DNA from: Eledone cirrhosa
Lineage: Eukaryota
Length of the DNA: 64,000 nucleotides
Assembly: GCA_964016885.1 (NCBI GenBank)
Contig: OZ024741.1
Location: 36,890,001 to 36,954,000 of the forward strand
Reading direction: 5' to 3'
Both the position numbers and the translations under genes were made by a program. The first letter of the stretch is position 1. The number at the start of each line of letters is the position of its first letter. This document shows positions 22,785 through 34,700 of the stretch, in pieces. The notes under the pieces were generated by a model. That model made no database searches. It had not been told where the DNA came from and was given only the letters and a program-made list of their open reading frames with translations.

Positions 22785-25700
22785 TAGTGTAGTTGTGGTG
22801 GTGGTTGTGGTGGTCATTGTTGTTGTGGTGGTGTTGGTCATTGTTTGTTGTTGTGGTGGTGGTCATTGTTGTTGTGGTGGTGGTGGGTGTGATCATTGTT
22901 GTTGTGGTGGTGGGGGTCATTGTTGTTGTGGTGGTGGTGGGTGTGATCATTGTTGTTGTGGTGGTGGTGGTCATTGTTGTTGTGGTGGTGGTCATTGTTG
23001 TTGTGGTGGTGGTGGTCATTGTTGTTGTGGTGTTGGTGGTCATTGTTGTTGTGGTGGTTGTGGTGGTGGTCATTGTTGTTGTTGTGGTGGTGGTGGTGGT
23101 CATTGTTGTTGTGGTGGTGGTGTTCATTGTTGTTGTGGTGGTTGTGGTGGTGGTCATTGTTGTTGTGGTGGTGGTGGTCATTGTTGTTGTTGTGGTGGTG
23201 GTGGTGGTCATTGTTGTGGTGGTGGTGGTGTTCATTGTTGTTGTGGTGGTTGTGGTGGTGGTCATTGTTGTGGTGGTGGTGGTGGTCATTGTTGTTGTGG
23301 TGGTGGTGGTCATTGTTGTTGTGGTGGTTGTGGTGGTGGTCATTGTTGTTGAGTTAGTTGTTGTTGTGGTCATTGTTGTTGTGGTGGTGGTGGTGGTGGT
23401 AATTGTTGTTGTGGTGGTTGTGGTGGTGGTCATTGTTGTTGTGGTGGTGGTGGTCATTGTTGTTGTTGTGGTGGTGGTGGTGGTCATTGTTGTTGTGGTG
23501 GTGGTGTTCATTCTTGTTGTGGTGGTTGGGGTGGTGGTCATTGTTGTGGTGGTGGTGGTGGTCATTGTTGTTGTTGTGGTGGTGGTGGTGGTCATTGTTG
23601 TTGTGGTGGTTGTGGTGATGGTCATTGTTGTTGTGGTAGTTGTTGTTGTGGTCATTGTTGTTGTGGTGGTGGTGGTGGTGGTCATTGTTGTTGTTGTGGT
23701 GGTGGTGGTGGTCATTGTTGTTGTGGTGGTGGTGGTTGTGGTCATTGTTGTGGTGGTGGTTGTGGTCATTGCTGTTGTGGTGGTGGTGGTCATTGTTGTT
23801 GTGGTGGTGGTGGTGGTGGTGGTGGTGGTCATTGTTGTGCTGGTTGTGGTGGTGGTCATTGTTGTTGTGGTAGTGGTCATTGTTGTGGTGTTTGTGGTGG
23901 TGGTCATTGTTGTTGTGGTGGTTGTGGTCATTGTTGTTGTGGTGGTGGTGTTTGTGGTCATTGTTGTTGTGGTGGTTGTGGTCAGTGTTGTTGTGGAGGT
24001 TGTGGTGGTGGTCATTGTTGTTGTGGTGGTGGTCATTGTTGTGGTGGTGTTGGTCACTGTTGTTGTTGTGGTGGTGGTGGTGGTGGTGGTCATTGTTGTT
24101 GTTGTGGTGGTGGTGGTGGTCATTGTTGTTGTGGTGGTTGTGGTGGTGGTCATTGTTGTTGTGATGGTGGTGGTGGTCATTGTTGTTGTGGTGGTGGTGG
24201 TGGTCATTGTTGTTGTGGTGGTGGTGGTCATTGTTGTTGTGGTGGTTGTGGTGGTCATTGTTGTTTTGGTGGTGGTGGTGGTGGTCATTGTTGTTGTGGT
24301 GGTGGTGGTCATTGTGGTTGTGGTGGTGGTGGTCAATATTGTTGTGGTTGTTGTGGTGGTGGTCATTGTGGTTGTGGTGGTGGTGGTGGTGGTGGTGGTC
24401 ATTGTTCTTGTGGTGGTTGTGGCGGTGGTCATTGTTGTTGTTGTGGTGGTGGTGGTGGTCATTGTTGTTGTAGTGGTTGTGTCGGTGGTTATTGTTGTTG
24501 TGGCGGTGGTGGTCATTGTTGTTGTGGTGTTGGTGGTGGTGGTCATTGTTGTTGTGGTGGTGGTGGTAGTGGTCATTGTTGTTGTGGTGGTTGCGGTGGT
24601 GGTCATTGTTGTTGTGGTGGTTGTGGTGGTGGTGGTGGTGGTCATTGTTGTTGTGGTGGTGGTGGTGGTCATTGTTGTTGTGGTGGTGGTGGTCATTGTT
24701 GTTGTGGTGGCGGTGGTCATTGTTGATGTGGTGGTGGTGGTCATTGTTGTTGTGGTGGTGGTGGTCATTGTTGTTGTGGTGGTTGTGGTCATTGTTGTTG
24801 TGGTGGTGGTGGTCATTGTTGTGGTGGTGGTTGTGGTCATTGTTGTTGTGGTGGTGGTGGTCATTGTTGTTGTTGTTGTTGTGGTGGTGGTGGTGGTCAT
24901 TGTTGTGGTGGTTGTGGTGGTGGTCATTGTTGTTGTGGTGGTGGCCATTGTTGTGGTGTTTGTGGTGGTGGTCATTGTTGTTGTGGTGGTGGTGGTCATT
25001 GTTGTTGTTGTGGTGGTGGTGGTGGTGGTGGTGGTCATTGTTGTTGTGGTGGTGGTGGTCATTGTTGTTGTGGTGGTTGTGGTGGTGGTCATTGTTGTTG
25101 TGGTGGTGGTGGTCATTGTTGTTGTGGTGGTAGTGGTGGTGGTGGTGGTGGTCATTGTTGTTGTGGTGGTCATTGTAGTTGTGGTGGTGGTTGTGGGGGT
25201 CATAGTTGTTGTTGTGGTGTGGTGGTGGTGGTCATTGTTGTTGTTGTGGTGGTGGTGGTGGTCATTGTTGTTGTGGTGGTAGTGGTGGTGGTCGTTGTTG
25301 TTGTGGTGGTGGTGTTCATTGTTGATGTGGTGGTGGTGGTGGTGGTCATTTTTGTTGTGGTGGTAGTGGTGGTGGTCATTGCTGTTGTGGTGGTGGTGGT
25401 CATTGGTGTTGTGGTGGTTGTGGTGGTGGTCATTGTTGTTGTGGTGGTTGTGGTGGTGGTCATTGTTGTTGTTGTGGTGGTGGTGGTGGTCATTGTGGTT
25501 TTGGTGGTTGTGGTGGTGGTCATTGTTGTTTTGGTGGTGGTGGTCATTGTTGTTGTTGTGGTGGTGGTGGTGGTCATTGTGGTTTTGGTAGTTGTGGTGG
25601 TGGTGGTGGTGGTCATTGTTGTTGTGGTTGTTGTTGTGGTGGTCATTGTTGTAGTGGTGGTGGAGGTCATTGTTGTTGTTGTGGTGGTGGTGGTGGTCAT

Positions 25701-28700
25701 TGTTGTTATGGTGGTGGTGGTCATTGTTGTGGTTGTGGTGGTGGTGGTGGTCATTGTTGTTGTGGTGGTGGTGGTGGTGATCATTGTTGTTGTGGTGGTG
25801 GTGGTCATTGTTGTTGTGGTGGTGGTGGTCATTGTTGTTGTGGTGGTGGTGGTCATTGTTGTTGTTGTGGTGGTGGTGGTGGTGGTCTCTGTTGTTGTTG
25901 AGGTGGTGGTGGTCATTGTTGTTGTGGTGTTGGTGGTCATTCTTGTTGTGGTGTTTGTGGTGGTGGTCATTGTTGGTGTGGTGGTGGTGATGGTGGTCAT
26001 TGTTGTTGTGGTGATTGTGGTGGTCATTGTTGTGTTGGTGGTGGTGGTCATTGTTGTTGTGGTGGTGGTGGTCATTGTTGTTGTGGTGGTTGTGGTGGTG
26101 GTCATTGTTGTTGTGGTGGTTGTGGTCATTGTTGTTGTGGTGGCGGTGGTCATTGTTGTTGTTGTGGTGGTGGTGGTGGTGGTGGTGTCGGTGGTGGTCA
26201 TTGTTGTTGTGGTGGTGGTGGTCATTGTTGTTGTGGTGGTTGTGGTGGTGGTCATTGTTGTTGTGGTAGATGTGGTTGTGGTCATTGTTGTTGTGGAAGT
26301 GGTGGTGGTGGTCATTGTTGTTGTGGTGGCGGTGGTGGTGGTCATTGTTGTTGTGGTGGTGGTGTTTGTGGTCATTGTTGTTGTGGTGGTTGTGGTGGTG
26401 GTCAGTGATGTTGTGGTGGTGGTGGTGGTCATTGTCGTGGTGGTGGTTGTGGTCATTGTTGTTGTTGTGGTGGTGGTTATTGTTGTTGTGGTGGTTGTGG
26501 TGGTGGTTATTATTGTTGTTGTGGTGGTGGTGGTGGTCATTGTTGTTGTGGTGGTAGTGGTCATTGTTGTTGTGGTGGTGGTGGTCATTGTCGTTGTGGT
26601 GGTTGTGGCGGTGGTCATTGTTGTTGTGGTGGTGGTGGTCATTGTTGTTGTGGTGGTGGTGGTGGTCAGTGTTGTTGTGGTGGTGGTGGTCACTGTTGTT
26701 GTTGTGGTGGTGGTGGTGGTGGTCATTGTTGTTGTGGTGGTGGTGGTGGTGGTCATTGTTGTTGTGGTTGTGGTGGTGGTCATTGTCGTTGTGGTGGTGG
26801 TCATTGTTGTTGTGGTGGTGGTGGTGGTGGTCATTGTTGTTGTGGTGGTTGTGGTGATGGTCATTGTTGTTGTGGTAGTTGTTGTTGTGGTCATTGTTGT
26901 TGTGGTGGTGGTGGTGGTGGTCATTGTTGTTGTTGTGGTGGTGGTGGTGGTCATTGTTGTTGTGGTGGTGGTGGTTGTGGTCATTGTTGTGGTGGTGGTT
27001 GTGGTCATTGTTGTTGTGGTGGTGGTGGTCATTGTTGTTGTTGTGGTGGTGGTGGTGGTGGTGGTGGTCATTGTTGTGCTGGTTGTGGTGGTGGTCATTG
27101 TTGTTGTGGTGGTGGTCATTGTTGTGGTGTTTGTGGTGGTGGTCATTGTTGTTGTGGTGGTTGTGGTCATTGTTGTTGTGGTGGTGGTGTTTGTGGTCAT
27201 TGTTGTTGTGGTGGTTGTGGTCAGTGTTGTTGTGGAGGTTGTGGTGGTGGTCATTGTTGTTGTGGTGGTGGTCATTGTTGTGGTGGTGTTGGTCACTGTT
27301 GTTGTTGTGGTGGTGGTGGTGGTGGTGGTCATTGTTGTTGTTGTGGTGGTGGTGGTGGTCATTGTTGTTGTGGTGGTTGTGGTGGTGGTCATTGTTGTTG
27401 TGATGGTGGTGGTGGTCATTGTTGTTGTGGTGGTGGTGGTGGTCATTGTTGTTGTGGTGGTGGTGGTCATTGTTGTTGTGGTGGTTGTGGTGGTCATTGT
27501 TGTTTTGGTGGTGGTGGTGGTGGTCATTGTTGTTGTGGTGGTGGTGGTCATTGTGGTTGTGGTGGTGGTGGTCAATATTGTTGTGGTTGTTGTGGTGGTG
27601 GTCATTGTGGTTGTGGTGGTGGTGGTGGTGGTGGTGGTCATTGTTCTTGTGGTGGTTGTGGCGGTAGTCATTGTTGTTGTTGTGGTGGTGGTGGTGGTCA
27701 TTGTTGTTGTAGTGGTTGTGTCGGTGGTTATTGTTGTTGTGGCGGTGGTGGTCATTGTTGTTGTGGTGTTGGTGGTGGTGGTCATTGTTGTTGTGGTGGT
27801 GGTGGTAGTGGTCATTGTTGTTGTGGTGGTTGCGGTGGTGGTCATTGTTGTTGTGGTGGTTGTGGTGGTGGTGGTGGTGGTCATTGTTGTTGTGGTGGTG
27901 GTGGTGGTCATTGTTGTTGTGGTGGTGGTGGTCATTGTTGTTGTGGTGGCGGTGGTCATTGTTGTTGTGGTGGTGGTGGTCATTGTTGTTGTGGTGGTGG
28001 TGGTCATTGTTGTTGTGGTGGTTGTGGTCATTGTTGTTGTGGTGGTGGTGGTCATTGTTGTGGTGGTGGTTGTGGTCATTGTTGTTGTGGTGGTGGTGGT
28101 CATTGTTGTTGTTGTTGTTGTGGTGGTGGTGGTGGTCATTGTTGTGGTGGTTGTGGTGGTGGTCATTGTTGTTGTGGTGGTGGTCATTGTTGTGGTGTTT
28201 TTGGTGGTGGTCATTGTTGTTGTGGTGGTGGTGGTCATTGTTGTTGTTGTGGTGGTGGTGGTGGTGGTGGTGGTCATTGTTGTTGTGGTGGTGGTGGTCA
28301 TTGTTGTTGTGGTGGTTGTGGTGGTGGTCATTGTTGTTGTGGTGGTGGTGGTCATTGTTGTTGTGGTGGTGGTGGTCATTGTTGTTGCGGTGGTGGTGGT
28401 GGTGGTCATTATTGTTGTGGTGGTAGTGGTGGTGGTGGTGGTGGTCATTGTTGTTGTGGTGGTCATTGTAGTTGTGGTGGTGGTTGTGGGGGTCATAGTT
28501 GTTGTTGTGGTGTGGTGGTGGTGGTCATTGTTGTTGTTGTGGTGGTGGTGGTGGTCATTGTTGTTGTGGTGGTAGTGGTGGTGGTCGTTGTTGTTGTGGT
28601 GGTGGTGGTCATTATTGTTGTGGTGGTTGTGGAGGTGGTCATTGTTGTTGTGGTGGTGGTGGTCATTGTTGTTGTGGTGTTGGTGGTCATTGTTGTTGTG

Positions 28701-31700
28701 GTGTTTGTGGTGGTGGTCATTGTTGTTGTGGTGGTGGTGGTCATTGTTGTTTTGGTGTTGGTGGTCATTGTTGTTGTGGTGTTTGTGGTGGTGGTCATTG
28801 TTGTTGTGGTGGTGGTGGTCATTGGTGTTGTGGTGGTTGTGGTGGTGGTCATTGTTGTTGTGGTGGTTGTGGTGGTGGTCATTGTTGTTGTTGTGGTGGT
28901 GGTGGTGGTCATTGTGGTTTTGGTGGTTGTGGTGGTGGTCATTGTTGTTTTGGTGGTGGTGGTCATTGTTGTTGTTGTGGTGGTGGTGGTGGTCATTGTG
29001 GTTTTGGTAGTTGTGGTGGTGGTGGTGGTGGTCATTGTTGTTGTGGTTGTTGTTGTGGTGGTCATTGTTGTAGTGGTGGTGGAGGTCATTGTTGTTGATG
29101 TGGTGGTGGTGGTGGTGGTCATTTTTGTTGTGGTGGTAGTGGTGGTGGTCATTGTTGTTGTGGTGGTGGTGGTCATTGGTGTTGTGGTGGTTGTGGTGGT
29201 GGTCATTGTTGTTGTGGTGGTTGTGGTGGTGGTCATTGTTGTTGTTGTGGTGGTGGTGGTGGTCATTGTGGTTTTGGTGGTTGTGGTGGTGGTCATTGTT
29301 GTTTTGGTGGTGGTGGTCATTGTTGTTGTTGTGGTGGTGGTGGTGGTCATTGTGGTTTTGGTAGTTGTGGTGGTGGTGGTGGTGGTCATTGTTGTCATTG
29401 TTGTTGTTGTGGTGGTCATTGTTGTAGTGGTGGTGGAGGTCATTGTTGTTGTTGTGGTGGTGGTGGTGGTCATTGTTGTTATGGTGGTGGTGGTCATTGT
29501 TGTGGTTGTGGTGGTGGATGGTGGTCATTGTTGTTGTGGTGGTGGTGGTGGTGATCATTGTTGTTGTGGTGGTGGTGGTCATTGTTGTAGTGGTGGTGGT
29601 GGTCATTGTTGTTGTGGTGGTGGTGGTCATTGTTGTTGTTGTGGTGGTGGTGGTGGTGGTCTCTGTTGTTGTTGAGGTGGTGGTGGTCATTGTTGTTGTG
29701 GTGTTGGTGGTCATTCTTGTTGTGGTGTTTGTGGTGGTGGTCATTGTTGGTGTGGTGGTGGTGATGGTGGTCATTGTTGTTGTGGTGATTGTGGTGGTCA
29801 TTGTTGTGTTGGTGGTGGTGGTCATTGTTGTTGTGGTGGTGGTGGTCATTGTTGTTGTGGTGGTTGTGGTGGTGGTCATTGTTGTTGTGGTGGTTGTGGT
29901 CATTGTTGTTGTGGTGGCGGTGGTCATTGTTGTTGTTGTGGTGGTGGTGGTGGTGGTGGTGTCGGTGGTGGTCATTGTTGTTGTGGTGGTGGTGGTCATT
30001 GTTGTTGTGGTGGTTGTGGTGGTGGTCATTGTTGTTGTGGTAGATGTGGTTGTGGTCATTGTTGTTGTGGAAGTGGTGGTGGTGGTCATTGTTGTTGTGG
30101 TGGCGGTGGTGGTGGTCATTGTTGTTGTGGTGGTGGTGTTTGTGGTCATTGTTGTTGTGGTGGTTGTGGTGGTGGTCAGTGATGTTGTGGTGGTGGTGGT
30201 GGTCATTGTCGTGGTGGTGGTTGTGGTCATTGTTGTTGTTGTGGTGGTGGTTATTGTTGTTGTGGTGGTTGTGGTGGTGGTTATTATTGTTGTTGTGGTG
30301 GTGGTGGTGGTCATTGTTGTTGTGGTGGTAGTGGTCATTGTTGTTGTGGTGGTGGTGGTCATTGTCGTTGTGGTGGTTGTGGCGGTGGTCATTGTTGTTG
30401 TGGTGGTGGTGGTCATTGTTGTTGTGGTGGTGGTGGTGGTCAGTGTTGTTGTGGTGGTGGTGGTCACTGTTGTTGTTGTGGTGGTGGTGGTGGTGGTCAT
30501 TGTTGTTGTTGTGGTGGTGGTGGTGGTCATTGTTGTTGTGGTTGTGGTGGTGGTCATTGTCGTTGTGGTGGTGGTGTTCATTGTTGTTGTGGTGGTGGTG
30601 GTAATTGTTGTTGTGGTGGTGGTGGTGGTGGTCACTGTTGTTGTGGTGGTGGTGGGGGTCATTGTTGTTGTGGTGGTGGTGGTGGTCATTGTTGTTGTGG
30701 TGGTGGTGGTCATTGTTGTTGTGGTGGTTGTGGTGGTCATTGTTGTTTTGGTGGTGGTGGTGGTGGTCGTTGTTGTTTTGGTGGTGGTGGTCATTGTTGT
30801 TGTGGTGGTGGTGGTCATTGTTGTTGTGGTGGTTGTGGTGGTGGTCATTGTTGTTGTGGTGGTGGTAGTGGTGGTCATTGTTGTTGTGGTGGTGGTCATT
30901 GTTGTTGTGGTGGTGGTAGTGGTGGTCATTGTTGTTGTTGTGGTGGTGGTGGTGGTCATTGTTGTTGTTGTGGTGGTGGTCATTGTTGTTGTGGTGATGG
31001 TGGTGGTCATTGTTGTTGTGGTGGTGGTGGTGGTCATTGTTGTTGTGGTGGTGGTGGTCATTGCTGTTGTGGTGGTTGTGGTGGTGGTCATTGTTGTTGA
31101 GGTAGTTGTGGCAGTGGTCATTGTTGTTGTGGTGGTGGTGTTCATTGTTGTTGTGGTGGTGGTGGTCATTGTTGTTGTGGTTGTGGTGGTCATTGTTGTT
31201 GTGGTGCTTGTGGTGGTGGTCATTGTTGTTGTGGTAGTTGTGGTGGTGGTGATTGTTGTTGTTGTGGTGGTGGTGGTGGTCATTGTTGTTGTGGTGGTGG
31301 TGGTGATTGTTGTTGTGGTGGTTGTGGTCATTGTTGTTGTTGTGGTGGTGGTGGTGGTCATTGTTGTTGTGGTGGTTGTGGTCATTGTTGTTGTGGTGGT
31401 TGTGGTGGTGGTCATTGTTGTTGTGGTAGTTGTGGTGCTGGTCATTGTTGTTGTGGTGGTGGTGCTGGTGGTGGTGATTGTTGTTGTTGTGGTGGTGGTG
31501 GTCATTGTTGTTGTGGTGGTTGTGGTGGTGGTCATCGTTGTTGTGGTGGTGGTGGTCATTGTTGTTGCTGTGGTGGTGGTGGTGGTCATTATTGTTGTGG
31601 TGGTAGTGGTGGTGGTGGTGGTGGTCATTGCTGTTGTGGTGGTCATTGTAGTTGTGGTGGTGGTTGTGGGGGTCATTGTTGTTGTTGTGGTGTGGTGGTG

Positions 31701-34700
31701 GTGGTCATTGTTGTTGTTGTGGTGGTGGTGGTGGTCATTGTTGTTGTGGTGGTAGTGGTGGTGGTCATTGTTGTTGTGGTGGTGGTGGTCATTGTTGTTG
31801 AGGTGGTGGTGGTGGTGGTCATTGTTGTTGTGGTGGTAGTGGTGGTGGTCATTGTTGTGGTGGTGGTGGTCATTGTTGTTGTGGTGGTTGTGGTGGTGGT
31901 CATTGTTGTTGTGGTGGTTGTGGTGGTGGTCATTGTTGTTGTTGTGGTGGTGGTGGTGGTCATTGTGGTTTTGGTGGTTGTGGTGGTGGTCATTGTTGTT
32001 GTGGTGGTGGTGGTCATTGTTGTTGTTGTGGTGGTGGTCATTGTTGTTGTGGTGATGGTGGTGGTCATTGTTGTTGTGGTGGTGGTGTTCATTGTTGTAG
32101 TGGTGGTTTTGGTGGTGGTCATTGTTGTTGTGGTGGTGGTGGTCATTGTTGTTGTGGTGGTTGTGGTTGTTGTCATTGTTGTTGTGGTGGTGGTGGTCAT
32201 TGTTGTTGTTGTGGTGGTGGTGGTGGTCATTGTTGTTGTGGTGGTGGTGGTGGTGGTGGTGGTGGTCATTGTTGTTGTGGTAGTTGTGGTGGTGGTCATT
32301 GTTGTAGTGGTGGTGGTGGTCATTGTTGTTGTTGTGGTGGTGGTGGTGGTCATTGTTGTTATGGTGGTGGTGGTCATTGTTGTTGTTGTGGTGGTGGTGG
32401 TGGTCATTGTTGTTGTGGTGGTGGTCATTGTTGTTGTGGTGGTGGTGGTCATTGTTGTTGTGGTGGTGGTGGTCATTGTTGTTGTTGTTGTGGTGGTGGT
32501 GGTGGTCATTGTTGTTGTTGTGGTGGTGGTGGTTATTGTTGTTGTGGTGTTGGTGGTCATTCTTGTTGTGGTGTTTGTGGTGGTGGTCATTGTTGGTGTG
32601 GTGGTGGTGATGGTGGTCATTGTTGTTGTGGTGATTGTGGTGGTCATTGTTGTGTTGGTGGTGGTGGTCATTGTTGTTGTGGTGGTGGTGGTCATTGTTG
32701 TTGTGGTGGTTGTGGTGGTGGTCATTGTTATTGTGGTGGTTGTGGTCATTGTTGTTGTGGTGGCGGTGGTCATTGTTGTTGTGGTGGTGGTGGTGTGGTG
32801 GTGGTGGTGGTCATTGTTGTTGTGGTGGTGGTGGTCATTGTTGTTGTGGTGGTTGTGGTGGTGGTCATTGTTGTTGTGGTAGTTGTGGTTGTGGTCATTG
32901 TTGTTGTGGAAGCGGTGGTGGTGGTCATTGTTGTTGTGGTGGCGGTGGTGGTGGTCATTGTTGTTGTGGTGGTGGTGTTTGTGGTCATTGTTGTTGTGGT
33001 GGTTGTGGTCAGTGTTGTTGTGGTGGTTGTGGTGGTGGTCATGGTTGTTGTGGTGGTGGTGGTCATTGTTGTTGTGGTGGTGGTCATTGATGTTGTGGTG
33101 GTGGTGGTGGTGGTCATTGTTGTTGTGGTGGTGGTGTTTGTGCTCATTGTTGTTGTGGTGGTTGTGGTGGTGGTCAGTGATGTTGTGGTGGTGGTGGTGG
33201 TCATTGTCGTGGTGGTGGTTGTGGTCATTGTTGTTGTTGTGGTGGTGGTTATTGTTGTTGTGGTGGTTGTGGTGGTGGTTATTATTGTTGTTGTGGTGGT
33301 GGTGGTGGTCATTGTTGTTGTGGTGGTAGTGGTCATTGTTGTTGTGGTGGTGGTGGTCATTGTCGTTGTGGTGGTTGTGGCGGTGGTCATTGTTGTTGTG
33401 GTGGTGGTGGTGGTGGTCATTGTTGTTGTGGTGGTGGTGGTCATTGTTGTTGTGGTGGTTGTGGCGGTGGTCATTGTTGTTGTGGTGGTGGTGGTCATTG
33501 TTGTTGTGGTGGTGGTGGTGGTCATTGTTGTTGTTGTGGTGGTGGTCATTGTTGTTGTGGTGGTGGTGGTAATTGTTGTTGTGGTGGTGGTGGTGGTGGT
33601 CATTGTTGTTGTGGTGGTGGTGGGGGGTCATTGTTGTTGTGGTGGTGGTGGTCATTGCTGTGGTGGTGGTGGTGGTGGTCATTGTTGTTGTGGTGGTGGT
33701 GGTCATTGTTGTTGTGGTGGTTGTGGTGGTCATTGTTGTTTTGGTGGTGGTGGTGGTGGTCGTTGTTGTTTTGGTGGTGGTGGTGGTGGTGGTGGTCATT
33801 GTTGTTGTGGTGGTTGTGGCGGTGGTCATTGTTGTTGTGGTGGTGGTGGTGGTGGTCATTGTTGTTGTGGTGGTTGTGGTGGTGGTCATTGTTGTTGTGG
33901 TGGTGGTAGTGGTGGTCATTGTTGTTGTGGTGGTCATTGTTGTTGTGGTGGTGGTAGTGGTGGTCATTGTTGTTGTTGTGGTGGTGGTGGTGGTCATTGT
34001 TGTTGTTGTGGTGGTGGTCATTGTTGTTGTGGTGATGGTGGTGGTCATTGTTGTTGTGGTGGTGGTGTTCATTTTTGTAGTGGTGGTTGTGGTGGTGGTC
34101 ATTGTTGTTGTGGTGGTGGTGGTCATTGTTGTTGTGGTGGTTGTGGTGGTGGTCATTGTTGTTGAGGTAGTTGTGGCGGTGGTCATTGTTGTTGTGGTGG
34201 TGGTGTTCATTGTTGTTGTGGTGGTGGTGGTCATTGTTGTTGTGGTTCTGGTGGTCATTGTTGTTGTGGTGGTTGTGGTGGTGGTCATTGTTGTTGTGGT
34301 AGTTGTGGTGGTGGTGATTGTTGTTGTTGTGGTGGTGGTGGTGGTCATTGTTGTTGTGGTGGTGGTGGTGATTGTTGTTGTTGTGGTGGTGGTCATTATT
34401 GTTGTGGTGGTGGTGGTCATTGTTGTGTTGGTGGTGGTGGTGGTCATTGTTGTTGTGGTGGTTGTGGTGTTGGTCATTTTTTTGGTGGTGGTGGTGGTGG
34501 TGGTCATTGTTGTTGTGGTGTTGGTGGTCATTGTTGTTGTGGTGGTGGTCATTGTTGTTGTGGTGTTGGTCATTGTTGTTGTGGTGGTGGTGGTCATTGT
34601 TGTTGTGGTGGTTGTGGTGGTGGTCATTGTTGTTGTGGTGGTTGTGGTGGTGGTCATTGTTGTTGTGGTGGTGGTGTTCATTGTTGTTGTGGTGGTTGTG

